Below are positions 30,827 through 32,000 of a stretch of 32,000 bases of DNA, piece by piece. The stretch's first letter is position 1. Every line of letters begins with the position of its first letter. A program made the position numbers and the translations under genes. The notes beneath the pieces are model-generated. The model did not search any database and had not been told where the DNA came from. It was given only the letters and a program-made list of their open reading frames with translations. This stretch comes from Halomicrobium mukohataei DSM 12286. Its GTDB lineage: Archaea; Halobacteriota; Halobacteria; Halobacteriales; Haloarculaceae. The stretch spans positions 60,001-92,000 of the forward strand of contig NC_013201.1 of NCBI RefSeq assembly GCF_000023965.1, given 5' to 3'.

Positions 30827-32000
30827 ATGACTGATCCTCGGATTCCCGACCGCTCGGCGGTCGCGAGTCCGCCGCGTCGGGACCTCGATTACCGGACGGT
30901 CGACGCCGCGAAGTCCCCGCTCGACGCCGGTGGACAGGCGCTCGTCTACGAGGCGGCCGTCCCGGACGACGAGCCGCCGGATCGGATCGCTCTCAAGGAG
31001 CCCGCAGACCCCGGAACGCTGACCGGTGACGTGGTCGAGACGTTCCTGGAAGAGGCCCGTACCTGGGAGCTGGTCGACCGCCGCGAGCGCGAGAAGCACC
31101 GGTGGGCGGACTCCGAGCACGTCGTCGGCGTGATCGACACCGGCGAGCGCCTGCCCTGGATCGCGATGGAGTACATGGACGGCGGCGACCTCGCCGAGCG
31201 CCTCGACGGCACCGACGGGCTGGCACTGGACGAGGCCCTGTGGGTCGGCGAGTGTGTCTGTCGCGGGATCGAACTCGCCCACAACTACGGGGTCGTCCAC
31301 CTCGACGTCAAACCGTCGAACGTGCTGTTTCGAACCACGCCGGGCGACGCCTGGGACGTGCCGAAGATCGCCGACTGGGGGCTCGCGCGCTCGCTCTCGG
31401 AACGCACGCGAACGATGGAGGGGCTCTCGGTCACCTACGCCGCACCCGAACAGTTCGAACCCGACGAGTTCGGCGATCCGGACATGCTGACCGACGTGTA
31501 CCAGGTCGGAGCACTGGTCTACGCGCTGCTCACCGGTCGCCCGCCCTACGTCGGCAACCGGATGAGCGTCATGCACGATGTCGTGTACGGTGATCCGCCA
31601 GCACCGCCGAGCGCGCACCGCGACGACGCGTCTCCGGCACTCGACGCCGTCGTCTCGACCGCCCTCGAAACGAGCAAGCGCGACCGCTACGACGCCGTTC
31701 AGATCTTCAGGCAGGCACTCAGGGCGGCCCGGACGGATCGCGCGCTCCCGCCGATCGTCGCCGACCGCCTCTCGGCAGACGACCGCTCGCCCCGTGTCGA
31801 CGCGGCCGAGAGCGCCTCCACGGACACTGGTTCGACCGACGCTGCCTCCAGCGACGGCGACTCGACAGACGCCGACACCGGCGACCCCGACGAGGACCTG
31901 ACGTTCAGGGAGCGCGTCGAGCAGATCAGGGCGGAGCGATCCGAGGACGACGGGTCTCCGGCAGACGACGACACGACGAACACCTCTGTGGCGGACGAGT
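30827..32000 (+). CDS. Hanks-type Ser/Thr protein kinase (K5) with acidic low-complexity C-terminal extension; partial, runs off window
   Basis: My own translation from the ATG at 30827 gives MTDPRIPDRSAVASPPRRDLDYRTVDAAKSPLDAGGQALVYEA...RIALKEP...VVHLDVKPSNVLF...KIADWGLARSL...YAAPEQ...LLTGRPPY..., followed by a D/S/T/A-rich tail. The frame is open to position 32000, so it is not in the ORF track. Confidence 0.85.
   Translation, partial: MTDPRIPDRSAVASPPRRDLDYRTVDAAKSPLDAGGQALVYEAAVPDDEPPDRIALKEPADPGTLTGDVVETFLEEARTWELVDRREREKHRWADSEHVVGVIDTGERLPWIAMEYMDGGDLAERLDGTDGLALDEALWVGECVCRGIELAHNYGVVHLDVKPSNVLFRTTPGDAWDVPKIADWGLARSLSERTRTMEGLSVTYAAPEQFEPDEFGDPDMLTDVYQVGALVYALLTGRPPYVGNRMSVMHDVVYGDPPAPPSAHRDDASPALDAVVSTALETSKRDRYDAVQIFRQALRAARTDRALPPIVADRLSADDRSPRVDAAESASTDTGSTDAASSDGDSTDADTGDPDEDLTFRERVEQIRAERSEDDGSPADDDTTNTSVADE

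Noticed and set aside
1-32000. Search for integrase, transposase, cas, toxin-antitoxin, rRNA or tRNA genes that would mark a classical mobile or defence island.
   Set aside because: None was recognisable in any frame. The palindromic elements therefore appear non-autonomous, and the islet at 10.0-11.0 kb has no visible integration machinery.

Overview
The window looks like a haloarchaeal (class Halobacteria) chromosome or megaplasmid segment. It is high in G+C (roughly two-thirds by eye), the predicted proteins are strongly acidic, many genes look leaderless with a TATA-like box about 25 nt upstream of the start, and it carries HTH_10 (Bat-type) regulators.

Gene content, left to right:
1. 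A minus-strand module of two ESCRT-III/Snf7-like coiled-coil genes followed by the N-terminus of a MIT-domain AAA ATPase (Vps4/CdvC-like), running off the left edge.
2. A complete dmsREABCD-like molybdoenzyme operon (1995-8205, minus).
3. A frameshifted moaA-like remnant.
4. An HTH_10 regulator gene split by a 79-bp palindromic MITE-like element.
5. A ~0.9 kb low-GC islet carrying a third ESCRT-III-like paralogue.
6. A DtxR-family regulator next to a CopD-like membrane protein.
7. A DUF2249 / TusA-like / CopD-like / glutaredoxin-like cluster.
8. A PP2C phosphatase.
9. A two-gene operon encoding a 174-aa protein and a 689-aa coiled-coil protein of unknown function.
10. A gene split by a second, unrelated 86-bp palindrome.
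11. An array of five paralogous non-RD Hanks-type Ser/Thr kinases with different accessory domains (none, HEAT, winged helix, HEAT + 8-blade PQQ propeller, acidic tail). The last one runs off the right edge.

No rRNA, tRNA, CRISPR array, integrase or transposase gene was seen.

Most interesting signals:
- A 15-bp palindrome, TCTCCA-N3-TGGAGA, occurs three times, always in promoter regions. It links the ESCRT-III-like/Vps4-like module, the coiled-coil operon and the kinase array.
- The kinase array itself, together with the PP2C.
- Two independent short palindromic elements whose exact removal restores intact reading frames.
- The foreign-looking ESCRT-III-like gene in the low-GC islet.

All family assignments come from motif recognition by eye. 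No database search was run.
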